From Betaproteobacteria bacterium TMED22 (GTDB taxonomy: Bacteria; Pseudomonadota; Gammaproteobacteria; Burkholderiales; Eutrophovitaceae), in the NCBI GenBank assembly GCA_002167745.1, contig NHCB01000008.1:18202-82201 (forward strand): a stretch of 64,000 nt of DNA, read 5' to 3'. A program made the translations under genes and the position numbers. This document shows positions 11,180 through 22,878 of the stretch, piece by piece. The number at the start of each line of letters is the position of its first letter. The first letter of the stretch is position 1. The notes below the pieces were generated by a model. That model worked only from the letters and a program-made list of their open reading frames with translations. It ran no database searches and had not been told where the DNA came from.

Positions 11180-12639
11180 TGTTTGATAAAACCGTTAAAG
11201 AGCTGGGTGACGCCCTTCGCCGTAAAGAATTCTCAAGTACTGAGTTGACGGTATCGTTCCTTGACCGTAGCAAAACTATCAATAAAGACATCAATGCATT
11301 CATTACCTTTGACGAAGAACAAACGCTAGCTCAAGCCAAAAAAGCCGATGAAATAATTTCATCGAATAATGCTACCGCGCTAACGGGCATCCCGATAGCC
11401 CACAAAGATATATGGTGCGCGAAGGATTGGATCACCACAAGTGGCTCAAGAATGTTAGAGAACTTTCGGTCTCCGTATGACGCACATATTATTAAACGAT
11501 TTAATGAATACGGAGCGGTCACGCTAGGCAAAACAAACATGGACGAATTTGCGATGGGCTCATCGAATGAAACGTCCTGGTTTGGCAATGTTAAAAATCC
11601 CTGGGATCTCGATCGAGTTCCTGGCGGCAGTTCAGGAGGTTCAGCTGCCGCCGTATCAGCAGGTATGGCTCCGGCCTCTACCGGCACCGATACTGGCGGC
11701 TCAATTCGACAACCTGCTGCACTATGCGGGATTTCCGGCCTTAAACCTACCTATGGGCTGGTATCCCGTTATGGGATGATCGCGTTCGCCTCTAGCCTTG
11801 ATCAAGGCGGCCCCATGGCGAGATCTGCAGAGGATCTGGCTATTCTTCTAGAAGCGATGGTGAGTTTTGATGCCAAGGATAGTACAAGTCTTAAAAAACC
11901 TACCATGGACTATTCCAGCGCTGTTAACAAATCAATAACTGGATTACGAATTGGCATTCCTAAAGAATATTTTAGTGATCAAATAGCGCCTGACGTACAA
12001 AAAGGAGTCGACGAAGCGCTAAAGGAATACGAAAAGTTAGGCGCAAAGCTTGTAAATATAAGTTTACCGACTAGCCCATTATCTGTCGCGGCTTATTATG
12101 TAATAGCGCCTGCAGAAGCCTCCAGCAATTTATCACGCTTTGACGGCGTGCGTTACGGATATCGGGCGCCCGAATACTCTGACTTAAACGACATGTACGC
12201 GAAAACGCGCGCCCAAGGATTTGGAGCGGAAGTTAAAAGAAGAATACTCATCGGTACGTATGTGCTCTCGCACGGATACTATGATGCATACTATTTAAAG
12301 GCTCAAAAAGTCAGGCGCCTAATTTCTCAAGACTTCTCCCGAGCCTTCGAACAATGTGACGTGATCATGTCTCCAACTACGCCAAGCACGGCATTTCAGA
12401 TTGGTGAAAAGGCATCTGATCCTGTACAAATGTACCTTTCGGATACATTCACAATCGCTGCCAACTTAGCAGGGCTTCCTGCAATGTCGATTCCCTGCGG
12501 TCTAGATCAAAAACAATTACCAATCGGTCTACAGATTATTGGCAACTATTTCGAAGAGTCTCAAATGATAGCGGCGGCACATCAATACCAGTGCGTTACT
12601 GACTGGCATCTCAAAAAACCACCTTTAAATAACATTTGA
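11179..12639 (+). CDS. gatA: Asp/Glu-tRNA amidotransferase subunit A
   Basis: 486 aa with amidase signature [11 protein letters not shown]...[12 protein letters not shown]. Confidence 0.95.
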   Translation: MFDKTVKELGDALRRKEFSSTELTVSFLDRSKTINKDINAFITFDEEQTLAQAKKADEIISSNNATALTGIPIAHKDIWCAKDWITTSGSRMLENFRSPYDAHIIKRFNEYGAVTLGKTNMDEFAMGSSNETSWFGNVKNPWDLDRVPGGSSGGSAAAVSAGMAPASTGTDTGGSIRQPAALCGISGLKPTYGLVSRYGMIAFASSLDQGGPMARSAEDLAILLEAMVSFDAKDSTSLKKPTMDYSSAVNKSITGLRIGIPKEYFSDQIAPDVQKGVDEALKEYEKLGAKLVNISLPTSPLSVAAYYVIAPAEASSNLSRFDGVRYGYRAPEYSDLNDMYAKTRAQGFGAEVKRRILIGTYVLSHGYYDAYYLKAQKVRRLISQDFSRAFEQCDVIMSPTTPSTAFQIGEKASDPVQMYLSDTFTIAANLAGLPAMSIPCGLDQKQLPIGLQIIGNYFEESQMIAAAHQYQCVTDWHLKKPPLNNI

Positions 12640-12643
12640 AATT

Positions 12644-14089
12644 ATGGAATGGGAAATTGTCATCGGGATTGAAACCCACGTGCAACTGTCAACTGAGTCA
12701 AAGATCTTTTCGGGGGCATCTACAGATTTCGGTGCAATGCCTAACGCCCATGCTTGCGAAGTAGACCTCGCGTTGCCTGGCGTTCTGCCTGTTCTCAATA
12801 AAGATGCTGTGGAAAAAGCAATGCGCTTCGGTGTCGCGACACAAGCCACCGTCAATCAACGCTCAATTTTTGCACGAAAAAACTATTTTTATCCAGACCT
12901 ACCAAAAGGTTACCAAATCAGTCAAATGGAAACACCTGTAGTCGAGGGCGGAATAATAAAATTTCTCGTCGACGGGACTGAAAAAACGGTTAATTTAACG
13001 CGCGCGCACTTAGAAGAAGATGCTGGAAAGTCACTTCATGAGGACTTCGTCAACATGAGTGGTATTGATTTGAATCGAGCGGGTACGCCATTGCTGGAAA
13101 TCGTGTCTGAACCCGAGATGAGATCATCTAACGAAGCGGTGGAATACGCAAAAACACTTCACGCTCTTGTGCGCTGGATAGGCATTTGTGATGGGAATAT
13201 GCAGGAGGGAAACTTCCGATGCGATGCGAACGTATCAGTGCGCAGAAAAGGGGACGAAACACTCGGAACACGCCGAGAAATTAAAAATTTAAACTCATTT
13301 AAGTTCCTTCAACAAGCTATTGAGTATGAAGCCCGTTGGCAAATGGAACAAATCGAAGAGGGCCTGAAAATTGTGCAAGCTACCGTTCTGTTTGATGCTG
13401 ATAGCGGAGAAACCCGGTTAATGAGAACCAAAGAAGATGCTCATGATTATCGGTATTTTCCAGATCCGGACTTGTTGCCATTAGTCATTGATGATGATTG
13501 GCTGATGACAACGCGCGCATCTCTTCCCGAGCTTCCAGAATCAAAAGCTCAAAAATATCAAAATGACTTGGAGCTTAACAGTTCAGATGTGGCGTCACTG
13601 GTGTCCAGCCTTGAAATCGCTACATATTTTGAAGCTACGCTTGGCCAATTTGATAAAAAAAACGCTCAAGCTGCAGCAAAGTTGATTGCAAACTGGATGA
13701 ATGGCGAGCTAACAGCTGCGCTCAACCGTGCTCAAAAAGATATTACTCAATGCCCTATTTCTCCAGAAAAATTATCACTATTGATTAAACGTGTTCTCGA
13801 CAACACGCTATCTACAAAATTAGCTCGGTTAGTTTTTGAGGAACTCTGGGTTGGGGATTCATCCGTAGATGACATTATTAGCGAGAAAGGATTTAAGCAA
13901 ATATCAGACACGGAAGAAATTGAATCTTATGTATCTCAGGTTATCGAAGAAAATCCGCAACAAGTTGCCGACTTTAAAGCTGGGAAAGAAAAAGCGCTCA
14001 ACTCACTTGTGGGCCAAGTAATGAGGCTAACCAAAGGCACAGCAAATCCTACGCAAGTAAATGAAATGCTGAAAACTAAGTTGAGTTAA
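12644..14089 (+). CDS. gatB: Asp/Glu-tRNA amidotransferase subunit B
   Basis: 481 aa, [15 protein letters not shown]...; GatB/YqeY C-terminal domain. Confidence 0.95.
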   Translation: MEWEIVIGIETHVQLSTESKIFSGASTDFGAMPNAHACEVDLALPGVLPVLNKDAVEKAMRFGVATQATVNQRSIFARKNYFYPDLPKGYQISQMETPVVEGGIIKFLVDGTEKTVNLTRAHLEEDAGKSLHEDFVNMSGIDLNRAGTPLLEIVSEPEMRSSNEAVEYAKTLHALVRWIGICDGNMQEGNFRCDANVSVRRKGDETLGTRREIKNLNSFKFLQQAIEYEARWQMEQIEEGLKIVQATVLFDADSGETRLMRTKEDAHDYRYFPDPDLLPLVIDDDWLMTTRASLPELPESKAQKYQNDLELNSSDVASLVSSLEIATYFEATLGQFDKKNAQAAAKLIANWMNGELTAALNRAQKDITQCPISPEKLSLLIKRVLDNTLSTKLARLVFEELWVGDSSVDDIISEKGFKQISDTEEIESYVSQVIEENPQQVADFKAGKEKALNSLVGQVMRLTKGTANPTQVNEMLKTKLS

Positions 14090-14736
14090 GTTGCCCCGTA
14101 CTCGGAACGATATTCGCTAACTCGATTAAGATCATCCGCCATTTCTGTTCGTTGCGATAAATAATCAACGAGATCATCTAAACAAAATAAACTGATTACA
14201 GGCAACTTGAAGTCTCGCTCAATTTCTTGAATCGCTGATTGGGCTCCTATTCCGCGTTCCTGACGATCTAGAGAAACCACGATACCGCAAGGTAAAGCGC
14301 CAGCGGCCTCAATAACCTCGATGGATTCCCGCACCGAAGTTCCCGCCGAGATGACATCGTCGACAATTAAAACACGACCGGAAACGGAAGCCCCAATAGT
14401 TACTCCTCCCTCCCCATGAGCTTTAGCTTCCTTTCGATTAAATGCAAACGGTACGTTTCTATTAAAGCTCGCTAACGCTATCGCCGTCGAAGCTGATAAG
14501 GTGATACCTTTATAGGCTGGCCCGTAAAGCATATCAAAATCGATTCCCGCGCTTAGAATCGCTTGAGCATAAAATCGACCTAGTTTTGCGATAGCATCAC
14601 CATCTGTAAACAAGCCGGTATTAAAAAAGTAGGGTGATTGCCTGCCCGCCTTGGTTATAAAATCGCCAAAACGCAGAACGTTAGCGCGAAGAGTAAACTC
14701 GATAAAATCTATTTTTGAGAAAGTTTGTGATGTCAT
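14086..14736 (-). CDS. pyrE: Orotate phosphoribosyltransferase
   Basis: The ORF runs to 14817, but homology begins at the Met at 14736 ([14 protein letters not shown]...[19 protein letters not shown]). PRPP-binding motif [13 protein letters not shown]. Confidence 0.85.
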   Translation of the reverse strand: MTSQTFSKIDFIEFTLRANVLRFGDFITKAGRQSPYFFNTGLFTDGDAIAKLGRFYAQAILSAGIDFDMLYGPAYKGITLSASTAIALASFNRNVPFAFNRKEAKAHGEGGVTIGASVSGRVLIVDDVISAGTSVRESIEVIEAAGALPCGIVVSLDRQERGIGAQSAIQEIERDFKLPVISLFCLDDLVDYLSQRTEMADDLNRVSEYRSEYGAT

Positions 14737-15511
14737 GTTGAGAATAATTTCATTAAATTTAAATGGTATCCGCTCTGCCGTTAGAAAAGGCCTTCCCTCA
14801 TGGATGAAACGATCCAACGCCGATATATTATGCCTGCAAGAGCTTAAGGCTCAGGAAAAAGATATTGACGACGACACAAGAAATATTTCGAGTTATCACA
14901 GCTATTTTCATTGCGCCCAAAGACCAGGATATAGCGGCGTTGGTATTTATTCTAAACGAGAACCCGATGAAGTTATTAAAGGACTCGGTTTTGAAGATAT
15001 TGATGCCGAGGGCAGATATATTGAGGCTCGCTTTGATAACCTCTCTGTCATTTCTGTTTACGTTCCATCAGGATCGAGCTCCGAGGAACGTCTAGCGATT
15101 AAGTTTCGTTTCATGGAGCGATTCATAGCACCGCTGCACGATTTGATGAATAGCGGAAGAGAAGTCGTGATTTGTGGGGATTGGAATACTGCACACAAAG
15201 AAATTGATCTCAAGAACTGGAAATCCAATAAAAAAAACTCAGGGTTTATGCCTGAAGAAAGAGAATGGATCGACGGAATTCTCAACAACCTAGGATATAT
15301 CGACGTATTTAGAACATTAAATCCTCGTCCCGACCAATACACTTGGTGGTCAAATAGAGGCCAGGCGTGGTTGAATAATGTCGGCTGGCGTATCGACTAC
15401 CAGTTATGTACGCCGGGTATTGCGCAAAGAGCAAAACGCGCAAAGATCTACAAAGCCAAACGATTTAGCGATCATGCCCCTTTAATCATTGATTATGATT
15501 TTAACTTATGA
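14735..15511 (+). CDS. xthA: Exodeoxyribonuclease III (AP endonuclease)
   Basis: Homology begins at [15 protein letters not shown] (Met at 14735; the tracked ORF begins at a TTG at 14651). C-terminal SDHAPLI motif. Confidence 0.85.
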   Translation: MLRIISLNLNGIRSAVRKGLPSWMKRSNADILCLQELKAQEKDIDDDTRNISSYHSYFHCAQRPGYSGVGIYSKREPDEVIKGLGFEDIDAEGRYIEARFDNLSVISVYVPSGSSSEERLAIKFRFMERFIAPLHDLMNSGREVVICGDWNTAHKEIDLKNWKSNKKNSGFMPEEREWIDGILNNLGYIDVFRTLNPRPDQYTWWSNRGQAWLNNVGWRIDYQLCTPGIAQRAKRAKIYKAKRFSDHAPLIIDYDFNL

Positions 15512-15550
15512 TCCCAGCCAGTTAACCTAAAGAAGCGCCATTTCAGAACC

Positions 15551-16873
15551 ATGAATGTTAGGGACTTATTCACGATTTATACCCAGACCAATGTTTTACG
15601 TATGCTGTTCTTGGGGTTTTCAGCAGGCCTTCCACTTCTCTTAGTGTTTGGAACTCTCTCGTTCTGGCTCAGGGAAGCGGGACTTGAGCTCTCAGCGATT
15701 GGATTTTTTTCATGGATAGGTTTGGTCTACGCCTTTAAGTGGGCGTGGTCCCCACTCGTTGATCAACTACCGATACCCTTACTCAATAAAAAACTTGGCA
15801 AAAGACGGTCCTGGTTACTGCTATCTCAGATTACGGTCGCTGTTGGGCTAATCGGTATAGCAACAACAGATCCCGCAAGAGGTATATCCGGCCTTATTGG
15901 CTTTGCTTTATTAACTGCTTTTGCTTCTGCGACTCAAGATATTGCTTTAGATGCTTACCGGATTGAATCTGGGCTGATTGAAGATCAAGGAGCCATGGCG
16001 GCGACTTATCAAATGGGGTACCGACTGGCCATGATTACTTCGTCTGCCGGTGCATTATTTCTAGCTTCATGGCTCGACCAAACAGACAACATATATGAAC
16101 CAAAACCCTGGATGTATACTTACATATGGATGGCGGCACTGATGGTAGTCGGCATGGTGACAACCATCCTCTCCCCCGAGCCTTCGCCAAACAATATTCA
16201 TCCAAATCCCGAACGGGACGCTAGATCGCAGTCGGAGCGAATAGTTAGCTGGTTCAGAAACGCCGTCGTAATGCCATTTGTAGACTTTATTCGGCGTTAT
16301 CGGCTCCAAGCGATCATATTGCTGGCAATGATTAGCCTATACCGAATCTCGGATATTGTAATGGGCGTAATGTCCAATCCATTCTACATAGACATGGGGT
16401 TCTCTAAGCAAGAGATTGCCACAGTATCAAAAATATTTGGCGTGATCATGACAATTTTAGGGGCTCTCGTTGGAGGATCATTAATAAAATATTTCGGCGT
16501 TTTTAAAATTCTTTTTATAGGCGCTGCCCTTAGCAGTCTAACAAATCTGCTGTTTGCCTGGCTCTCGCTTAATGAGCCCTCTATTGGCGCGCTGACCCTA
16601 ACGGTCAGTGCCGATAATTTCAGTGCAGGAGTCGCGAGCGCGGCATTCATCGCATACCTTTCCAGCCTCACTAACATTCAGTACTCCGCAACTCAATACG
16701 CGCTGTTCAGCTCCCTGATGTTCTTGTTGCCAAAATCAATTGCTGGATGGTCCGGCGTTTTTGTCGAAACATGGGGATACGCATATTTCTTTTTAACCAC
16801 AGCGCTAATTGGAATACCCAGTCTCATGCTCGTATGGTTCATCCGACGAATATCGATAGAAGGTAGGCCCTAA
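15551..16873 (+). CDS. ampG: AmpG-family MFS muropeptide permease
   Basis: 440 aa MFS protein with N-terminal LGFSAGLPLLLVFGTLSFWLREAG, characteristic of AmpG. Confidence 0.8.
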   Translation: MNVRDLFTIYTQTNVLRMLFLGFSAGLPLLLVFGTLSFWLREAGLELSAIGFFSWIGLVYAFKWAWSPLVDQLPIPLLNKKLGKRRSWLLLSQITVAVGLIGIATTDPARGISGLIGFALLTAFASATQDIALDAYRIESGLIEDQGAMAATYQMGYRLAMITSSAGALFLASWLDQTDNIYEPKPWMYTYIWMAALMVVGMVTTILSPEPSPNNIHPNPERDARSQSERIVSWFRNAVVMPFVDFIRRYRLQAIILLAMISLYRISDIVMGVMSNPFYIDMGFSKQEIATVSKIFGVIMTILGALVGGSLIKYFGVFKILFIGAALSSLTNLLFAWLSLNEPSIGALTLTVSADNFSAGVASAAFIAYLSSLTNIQYSATQYALFSSLMFLLPKSIAGWSGVFVETWGYAYFFLTTALIGIPSLMLVWFIRRISIEGRP

Positions 16874-16892
16874 ATTTCATCAAAATCAAACC

Positions 16893-17504
16893 TTACGAAG
16901 CCTGGCCCTTGTTAAAACGATAAATTGCTACGGCCCCCAACAGGTTAGGAAGCGTCGTAACCATTCGACCGTCATCGCTAATTACAATACGGTCGCGAAC
17001 ATGTAGCCCATGGTTTGAACAGTACTTTTCAAAATCATTTATCGTCAATACATGAACATTCGGCGTGTCGTACCATTCGTGGGGCAGTTCTTTTGATATC
17101 GGCGTTCGCCCCAAAAAGATTTGTAAACGATGTCGCCACAATCCAAAATTAGGGAACGTAACGATGACCTGTTTCCCGACACGGAGCATCTCGTTAATGA
17201 TGGTCTCTGTCTCATGAACGGCCTGTAAAGTTAAAGACAGAATAACGTAATCAAAAGTGCTATCGCCAAATCCAGCTAGGCCTTGCTCTAGGTCGGACTG
17301 AAGAACGTTAATCCCATTAGTGAGGCTAGCGAGAACATTTCGGTGATCTTTATCAACGCCATACCCCGTCACGTTACGCATCTTCTTCAGGTACAACAAT
17401 AATGATCCATCACCACACCCCAAATCTAACACAGAAGAATCATTATGAATCATAGTCGTAATAATCTCGTAATCGCGACGCTTAATTTTATTTCCACTAA
17501 ACAT
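16893..17504 (-). CDS. metW: Methionine biosynthesis protein MetW
   Basis: 203 aa with SAM-MTase-like VLDLGCGDG and the MetW-specific [10 protein letters not shown]...WYDTPNVH. Overlaps the metX stop by 8 nt. Confidence 0.85.
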   Translation of the reverse strand: MFSGNKIKRRDYEIITTMIHNDSSVLDLGCGDGSLLLYLKKMRNVTGYGVDKDHRNVLASLTNGINVLQSDLEQGLAGFGDSTFDYVILSLTLQAVHETETIINEMLRVGKQVIVTFPNFGLWRHRLQIFLGRTPISKELPHEWYDTPNVHVLTINDFEKYCSNHGLHVRDRIVISDDGRMVTTLPNLLGAVAIYRFNKGQAS

Positions 17505-18633
17505 TCAAGGCCTCGACCCAGATTCGCTCAAAATAAGCGCTAATCAAGCTATGGTAAATCGGCTCGTCCATCAAAAATGCGTCGTGTCCGTAAGGTGAGT
17601 CTATTTCTGCGTAAGACACGTTTAACTTATTTGCCACAAGGGCTCCAACGATTTCCTCGGAACGGCTAGGCGAAAAACGCCAATCAGAGGTAAATGAAAT
17701 AACTAGATAGTTAGCTTTTGCATTACTCAGGCTATTAGCTAAGTTTCCCGAGTACTTAGCAGCCGGATCAAAATAATCAAGCGCTTTCGTTATACGTAAG
17801 TATGTATTTGCATCAAAGGTATCTGCAAATTTATCTCCCTGGTATCGCAAATACGATTCGACTTGGAAATCTGTATCGAAATTAAACTTTAAAGCTTCCT
17901 CACGCAAGGCTCTACCAAACTTAACGTCCATCGTATCATCAGATAAATAAGTAATATGCCCGATCATCCGTGCAATCTTCAAGCCACTACGTGGAATAGC
18001 TTTATGCTGATAAAAATCACCGCCAAAAAATTCATTGTCTAAGGTGATCGCCTGACGCGCCACCTCGTTAAATGCAATATTTTGTGCTGATAGTTTTGGT
18101 GCGGCTGCGACAACTACAGCATTTTTAATTCGGCTAGGCTGATCTATGGTCCACTGGAGAGCCTGCATACCTCCCAAACTACCCCCCATAACTGCCGCAA
18201 AAGTATCGATACCAAGTTTAGTTGCAAGTCTAGCCTGAGCTTCTACCCAATCTTCGACCGTAACCATAGGGAATGAACTTCCCCAGGGCTTCTTAGTGGC
18301 AGGATTAATAGCTGACGGGCCGGTAGAGCCATGACATCCACCGAGATTATTAACCCCGATAATAAAAAAAAGATTGGTATCCAATGGCTTACCTGGGCCA
18401 ATCAAATTGTCCCACCAACCCAAAGTTTTTTCGTCCCCATTATACGTGCCAGCTACGTGATGGGATGCGTTAAGCGCATGACACACTAAAACAGCGTTTG
18501 TTTTATCATCATTAAGAATGCCGTATGTTTCAAAAATCAGTTGATACTTCGATAGTATCTCACCGGATTTGAGCGCTAAGGGCTCCTCAAAATCCATAAT
18601 TTGCGGCCGCACATCTCCAATTGAAGAAATCAT
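17497..18633 (-). CDS. metX: Homoserine O-acyltransferase MetX
   Basis: 378 aa alpha/beta hydrolase with nucleophile motif GGSLGGMQ; metXW pair. Confidence 0.9.
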   Translation of the reverse strand: MISSIGDVRPQIMDFEEPLALKSGEILSKYQLIFETYGILNDDKTNAVLVCHALNASHHVAGTYNGDEKTLGWWDNLIGPGKPLDTNLFFIIGVNNLGGCHGSTGPSAINPATKKPWGSSFPMVTVEDWVEAQARLATKLGIDTFAAVMGGSLGGMQALQWTIDQPSRIKNAVVVAAAPKLSAQNIAFNEVARQAITLDNEFFGGDFYQHKAIPRSGLKIARMIGHITYLSDDTMDVKFGRALREEALKFNFDTDFQVESYLRYQGDKFADTFDANTYLRITKALDYFDPAAKYSGNLANSLSNAKANYLVISFTSDWRFSPSRSEEIVGALVANKLNVSYAEIDSPYGHDAFLMDEPIYHSLISAYFERIWVEALNV

Positions 18634-18708
18634 AATGAGCGCCCGTGGTCAATCGCCGCTTTACGGCATTTGTAAGTCCTATTAAAAAAACCTATAACAC
18701 CCATGATC

Positions 18709-19200
18709 CTAGAATTTTTCCCTGGATAGGCGAGCTAAGATCCTATTGGCCGCCTCTGATGCCATGTCGTTGATCAAAGAATTTTCTTCGGCTGACTTAG
18801 CGGCAATATCAAGATCACTATGAGTTATTTTCCGTCGCAATTCGAGCTGAAGCTCTACCGAAGAAGTTGAATTATTTGGCGACTCAATTGTATACCTAAC
18901 GGAATAAACCAACTCATATTCATCTACGCTACCCGCATTTGACAATACCGCTACCGTTCGGGTCGAAGCTTCACTTAAAATATTTATTGCGACCTCTGCC
19001 GCAGACATCGTCTGAACAAGGTCAATACTAGATTTTCTTTTAATTTTCTTTTTAATTATCCGACCAACACGAGACTCCCCTGCCGGTTGCAAATATATAG
19101 TTTGGTAGGGTATGTCGTAACTGCCTTTCAATTTAAATCCGCAACCGGATAACGCAATTGCGACAACTAAAAGAATTAACTTTGTTCTTATTTTGAGCAT
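18709..19200 (-). CDS. lptE: LPS-assembly lipoprotein LptE
   Basis: 163 aa with lipobox LSGC followed by GFKLKG (LptE-type N-terminus). Directly downstream of leuS, as in other proteobacteria. Confidence 0.7.
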   Translation of the reverse strand: MLKIRTKLILLVVAIALSGCGFKLKGSYDIPYQTIYLQPAGESRVGRIIKKKIKRKSSIDLVQTMSAAEVAINILSEASTRTVAVLSNAGSVDEYELVYSVRYTIESPNNSTSSVELQLELRRKITHSDLDIAAKSAEENSLINDMASEAANRILARLSREKF

Positions 19201-19220
19201 TAATTTCGCACTCGATTCAA

Positions 19221-21833
19221 TTAAATAACGATGTTAACCAGTCGACCCGGAACAACTACTACTTTTTTTACCGGTTGGCTTTGAACATAATTCTGCACCA
19301 ACTCATCGCCTAAAGCCACGGCCTCGATATCCTCCTTTGACGCGGAAACAGGAATAGTTATTTTACTTCTTAGTTTTCCATTGACCTGCACTACAAGGTC
19401 AATTTCTTCCCGCAATAGCGCTTGCTCGTTTACCTTTGGCCATGTCGCATATTGCAACTCACCGGAGAATCCGAGCTCTTCCCATAATCGCTCGGTGATA
19501 TGGGGGACAATCGGAAATAATATTCGTAACAGAATACTAAGACCCTCTACGCGTAAACTCGCTCGCTCAGCATCCGACAATCTCGCATCCTCGATGAGAT
19601 CCAGCGTATTGAGCATTTTCATCCCAGCGGAAGCAACCGTATTGTATTGCTTTCGCTGATAATCAAAATCTGCCTGTTTCAGCAATATATTTAGATCTCT
19701 ACATATATCTTTCGCATCTTTAGAATCAAGCTCGAACCCGCTCAAACTCAACCCTTCGCCAATCGATTTTTTAAATTGGTATCCATAGCGCCACAACCGC
19801 TTTAAAAATCGGAAAGCGCCCTCGACACCATCATCATTCCAAGCTAACGTGTCCTCAGGTGGTGACGCAAACATCATAAAGAATCGAGCCGTATCCGCAC
19901 CATATCGATCAATAAGAGACTGTGGATCAACACCATTGTTTTTTGACTTCGACATAGTCCGAATTCCACCAGTCTCTACGGCTTCACCGTTGTCGACTAA
20001 ACGCTGCCCCGAACGCTTTCCATTATCGTCTAGTAATAATTCGACATCTTGCGGATTGAAGTAAGTAATTCGGCCGGCATCCTCCGTCTTATAGAAGATT
20101 TCATTTAAGACCATGCCCTGAGTCAACAAATTCGAAAACGGCTCATCAATCTCTGAAACGTCAAGATCGCGCATTACCTTTGTCCAAAATCGGGAATACA
20201 ACAAGTGCAAAATGGCGTGCTCAATCCCTCCAATATATTGATCAACTGGCAACCAATAACTAACCCGCTCATCCACCATCGCCTCGTGTTTATCAGCGCT
20301 CGCGAATCGCAAAAAATACCACGATGAATCCACGAACGTATCCATCGTATCAGTTTCCCGCTGCGCATCTCGTCCGCAGATTGGACATTGACATTGCAGA
20401 AAATCAGTCTTTTTGTTTAGGGGGTTACCTGAACCATCAGGAACACAATCCTCCGGCAATACAACGGGTAAATCACACTCCGGAACAGGCACATCACCAC
20501 AAGACTCACAGTGAATGATAGGAATCGGAGTGCCCCAATATCTTTGCCGTGAAATACCCCAATCGCGAAGCCGCCACTGCGTATGTCTTTCACCTAAATT
20601 AAGGTTGGAGAGATCTTTGGCAATACTATCCACCGACTCGACAAAGGTCATACCGTCGTATTTCCCTGAATCAACACACGTGCCCTTTTCTGAATACCAG
20701 TCACTCCAGCCGTCCTGAGAATACTGCTTATCTGGCACTTCAATCACCTGCTGAATATCAATACCGTACTTTTTCGCAAACAAAAAATCGCGCTCATCAT
20801 GAGCGGGAACGCCCATAACGGCTCCCTCGCCGTATGTCATCAAAACATAATTACCAACCCAAACTTCGATACGCCTACCGTCTAAAGGATGCGTCACAAA
20901 AATTCCTGTGGGCATTCCTTTCTTCTCCAAGGCCGCGATATCTGCTTCCATCGTACTACCTTGCTTACATTCCTCAATAAATGTCGCTAACTGGGGATTG
21001 GATTTAGCAACATATTCTGCGATACCGTGTTCCGCGGCAACCGCACAAAATGTAACGCCCATAATCGTGTCAACTCGGGTCGTAAATACTTTTAACACCT
21101 CTTTCTTACCATCTAAGGTGTATGGGAAACACACGTTTACACCCTCGCTTAAACCAATCCAATTTGCCTGCATCGTTTTCACTCGATCCGGCCAACCTGG
21201 CAAAGTATCCAACGCCTCTAGAAGTTCACGGGCATACTTAGTAATACGCATGTAATACATTGGGATTTCGCGCTTTTCAACAACAGCGCCCGTTCTCCAG
21301 CCGCGCCCATCGACCACTTGCTCATTAGCAAGGACAGTTTGGTCAACCGGGTCCCAATTTACTGTACCCGTCTTCCGGTAGACAAGGCCCTTGTCGAGCA
21401 TTTTTGTGAATAACCACTGATTCCACCGATAATAAGTAGCGTCACAAGTCGCTAGCTCCCTACTCCAATCGATAGCAAACCCTAGCGACTGCAGTTGTTT
21501 TTTCATATAAGCGATATTATCGCGAGTCCACTTCGATGGTGGCACACCGTTAGCCATCGCAGCGTTTTCCGCTGGCAACCCGAATGCATCCCAGCCCATC
21601 GGTTGCAATACATTGTAACCATTCATCCGATGATATCGAGTTAGCACGTCACCAATCGTATAGTTACGCACGTGCCCCATATGTAACTTGCCTGAAGGAT
21701 AGGGGAACATCGACAAGCAATAATACTTGGGCTTATTTTGATCCTCTGTCGCCTTGAACGATTCACTTTCAACCCAGCGGGCCTGAGCTTCCATTTCTAT
21801 TTGCGAGGGGTGATATTGACTTTCCATGTGCAA
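19221..21833 (-). CDS. leuS: Leucyl-tRNA synthetase
   Basis: 870 aa with HMGH (HIGH-class) and KMSKSK motifs and a CP1 editing domain. Confidence 0.95.
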   Translation of the reverse strand: MHMESQYHPSQIEMEAQARWVESESFKATEDQNKPKYYCLSMFPYPSGKLHMGHVRNYTIGDVLTRYHRMNGYNVLQPMGWDAFGLPAENAAMANGVPPSKWTRDNIAYMKKQLQSLGFAIDWSRELATCDATYYRWNQWLFTKMLDKGLVYRKTGTVNWDPVDQTVLANEQVVDGRGWRTGAVVEKREIPMYYMRITKYARELLEALDTLPGWPDRVKTMQANWIGLSEGVNVCFPYTLDGKKEVLKVFTTRVDTIMGVTFCAVAAEHGIAEYVAKSNPQLATFIEECKQGSTMEADIAALEKKGMPTGIFVTHPLDGRRIEVWVGNYVLMTYGEGAVMGVPAHDERDFLFAKKYGIDIQQVIEVPDKQYSQDGWSDWYSEKGTCVDSGKYDGMTFVESVDSIAKDLSNLNLGERHTQWRLRDWGISRQRYWGTPIPIIHCESCGDVPVPECDLPVVLPEDCVPDGSGNPLNKKTDFLQCQCPICGRDAQRETDTMDTFVDSSWYFLRFASADKHEAMVDERVSYWLPVDQYIGGIEHAILHLLYSRFWTKVMRDLDVSEIDEPFSNLLTQGMVLNEIFYKTEDAGRITYFNPQDVELLLDDNGKRSGQRLVDNGEAVETGGIRTMSKSKNNGVDPQSLIDRYGADTARFFMMFASPPEDTLAWNDDGVEGAFRFLKRLWRYGYQFKKSIGEGLSLSGFELDSKDAKDICRDLNILLKQADFDYQRKQYNTVASAGMKMLNTLDLIEDARLSDAERASLRVEGLSILLRILFPIVPHITERLWEELGFSGELQYATWPKVNEQALLREEIDLVVQVNGKLRSKITIPVSASKEDIEAVALGDELVQNYVQSQPVKKVVVVPGRLVNIVI

Positions 21834-21967
21834 CCAATGTTGTAAACTAATATCTAATTATAGCTTTAGGTCTGTATTAATGATGCGTAAGTTCGAATTA
21901 AAGCGTATCTATGCTGCGAAACAGAATACAGTTATTCAGAACCTATCACTAACTTTGCTTAACCAAT

Positions 21968-22852
21968 ATGTCCCGAGCACATCCAATTGTTGCCGTCACT
22001 GGCGCCTCTGGAGCTGGCACTACCAGCGTCCAGGAAACTTTCAAATTTATTTGTGCCGAATCCAAATTCCAAGCAGTTTTCATTGAGGGAGACAGCTTCC
22101 ATCGTTACGAGCGTGAAGAGATGCGCAAATTGATCGATGCTTGGGAGCGCACGGCTGGGAGAACGATAAGCCATTTTGGTCCTGAGGCTAATCTCCTCGA
22201 TGAATTAGGAGCCTTATTTAATCAATATGGCGAGACTGGCACAGGTCGTGCAAGACAATACATACATAACGAAAACTCTGCCCGCGCTCACGGCCAAAAA
22301 GTTGGCACCTTTACAGAATGGTCGGACATAGTGCCTGACTCCGACTTACTTATATACGAGGGCTTACATGGAGGAATTGTAACCGATACGATCAACATAT
22401 CTCAACATGTTGACTTATTAATTGGGATTACTCCCACCATCAACTTAGAATGGATACAGAAACTCTATCGCGATCAAAAGGACCGGGGACACTCTATAGA
22501 CGATGTGACACAGACTATTCTCCGAAGAATGCCTGATTACATCGAACATATCGTGCCACAATACTCTAGAACACATATCAATTTCCAACGAGTTCCAACT
22601 GTTGACACCTCAAACCCTTTCTCCAACACAGGGATTCCAAGTCAAAGTGAGAGTTTAATTGTGATCCGATTTAACGCCCCTAACCAGCAAGAAATTAACG
22701 ATATAATCAACGCGGTAGGAGGATCATTCCAAAGCAAAGAAGACTGTATTGTGGTACCCGGCCAAACGTATGAGCAAACATTGAAATTTATTCTTAAGCC
22801 TAGAGTCGAGAAACTTGTAATGAATGGACGCCAAGAGCGATCTCACCAATGA
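21968..22852 (+). CDS. prk: Phosphoribulokinase (PrkB-type)
   Basis: 294 aa with N-terminal P-loop HPIVAVTGASGAGTTS and full-length PRK/uridine-kinase family pattern. Confidence 0.8.
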   Translation: MSRAHPIVAVTGASGAGTTSVQETFKFICAESKFQAVFIEGDSFHRYEREEMRKLIDAWERTAGRTISHFGPEANLLDELGALFNQYGETGTGRARQYIHNENSARAHGQKVGTFTEWSDIVPDSDLLIYEGLHGGIVTDTINISQHVDLLIGITPTINLEWIQKLYRDQKDRGHSIDDVTQTILRRMPDYIEHIVPQYSRTHINFQRVPTVDTSNPFSNTGIPSQSESLIVIRFNAPNQQEINDIINAVGGSFQSKEDCIVVPGQTYEQTLKFILKPRVEKLVMNGRQERSHQ

Positions 22853-22878
22853 AATTTAACCCTACCAAAGCCCATTGA

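Noticed and set aside
15046-15066. Pho-box-like CTGTCAT-TTCT-GTTTAC.
   Set aside because: It lies in the middle of the xthA coding sequence. The second repeat is poor and there is no downstream promoter context.
18634-18708. Possible SAM-II/SAM-V type riboswitch in the 75-nt leader of metX.
   Set aside because: Only an AAAGCG element is present. I could not find the complementary pseudoknot partner or the conserved U-rich triplex strand in the right arrangement, and the space is very short.
21968-22852. Phosphoribulokinase as evidence for a Calvin-cycle or carboxysome locus.
   Set aside because: No RuBisCO, cbb or carboxysome genes are adjacent (leuS on one side, uvrD on the other). Stand-alone prkB-type genes occur in heterotrophs such as E. 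coli, so nothing can be concluded from this window.
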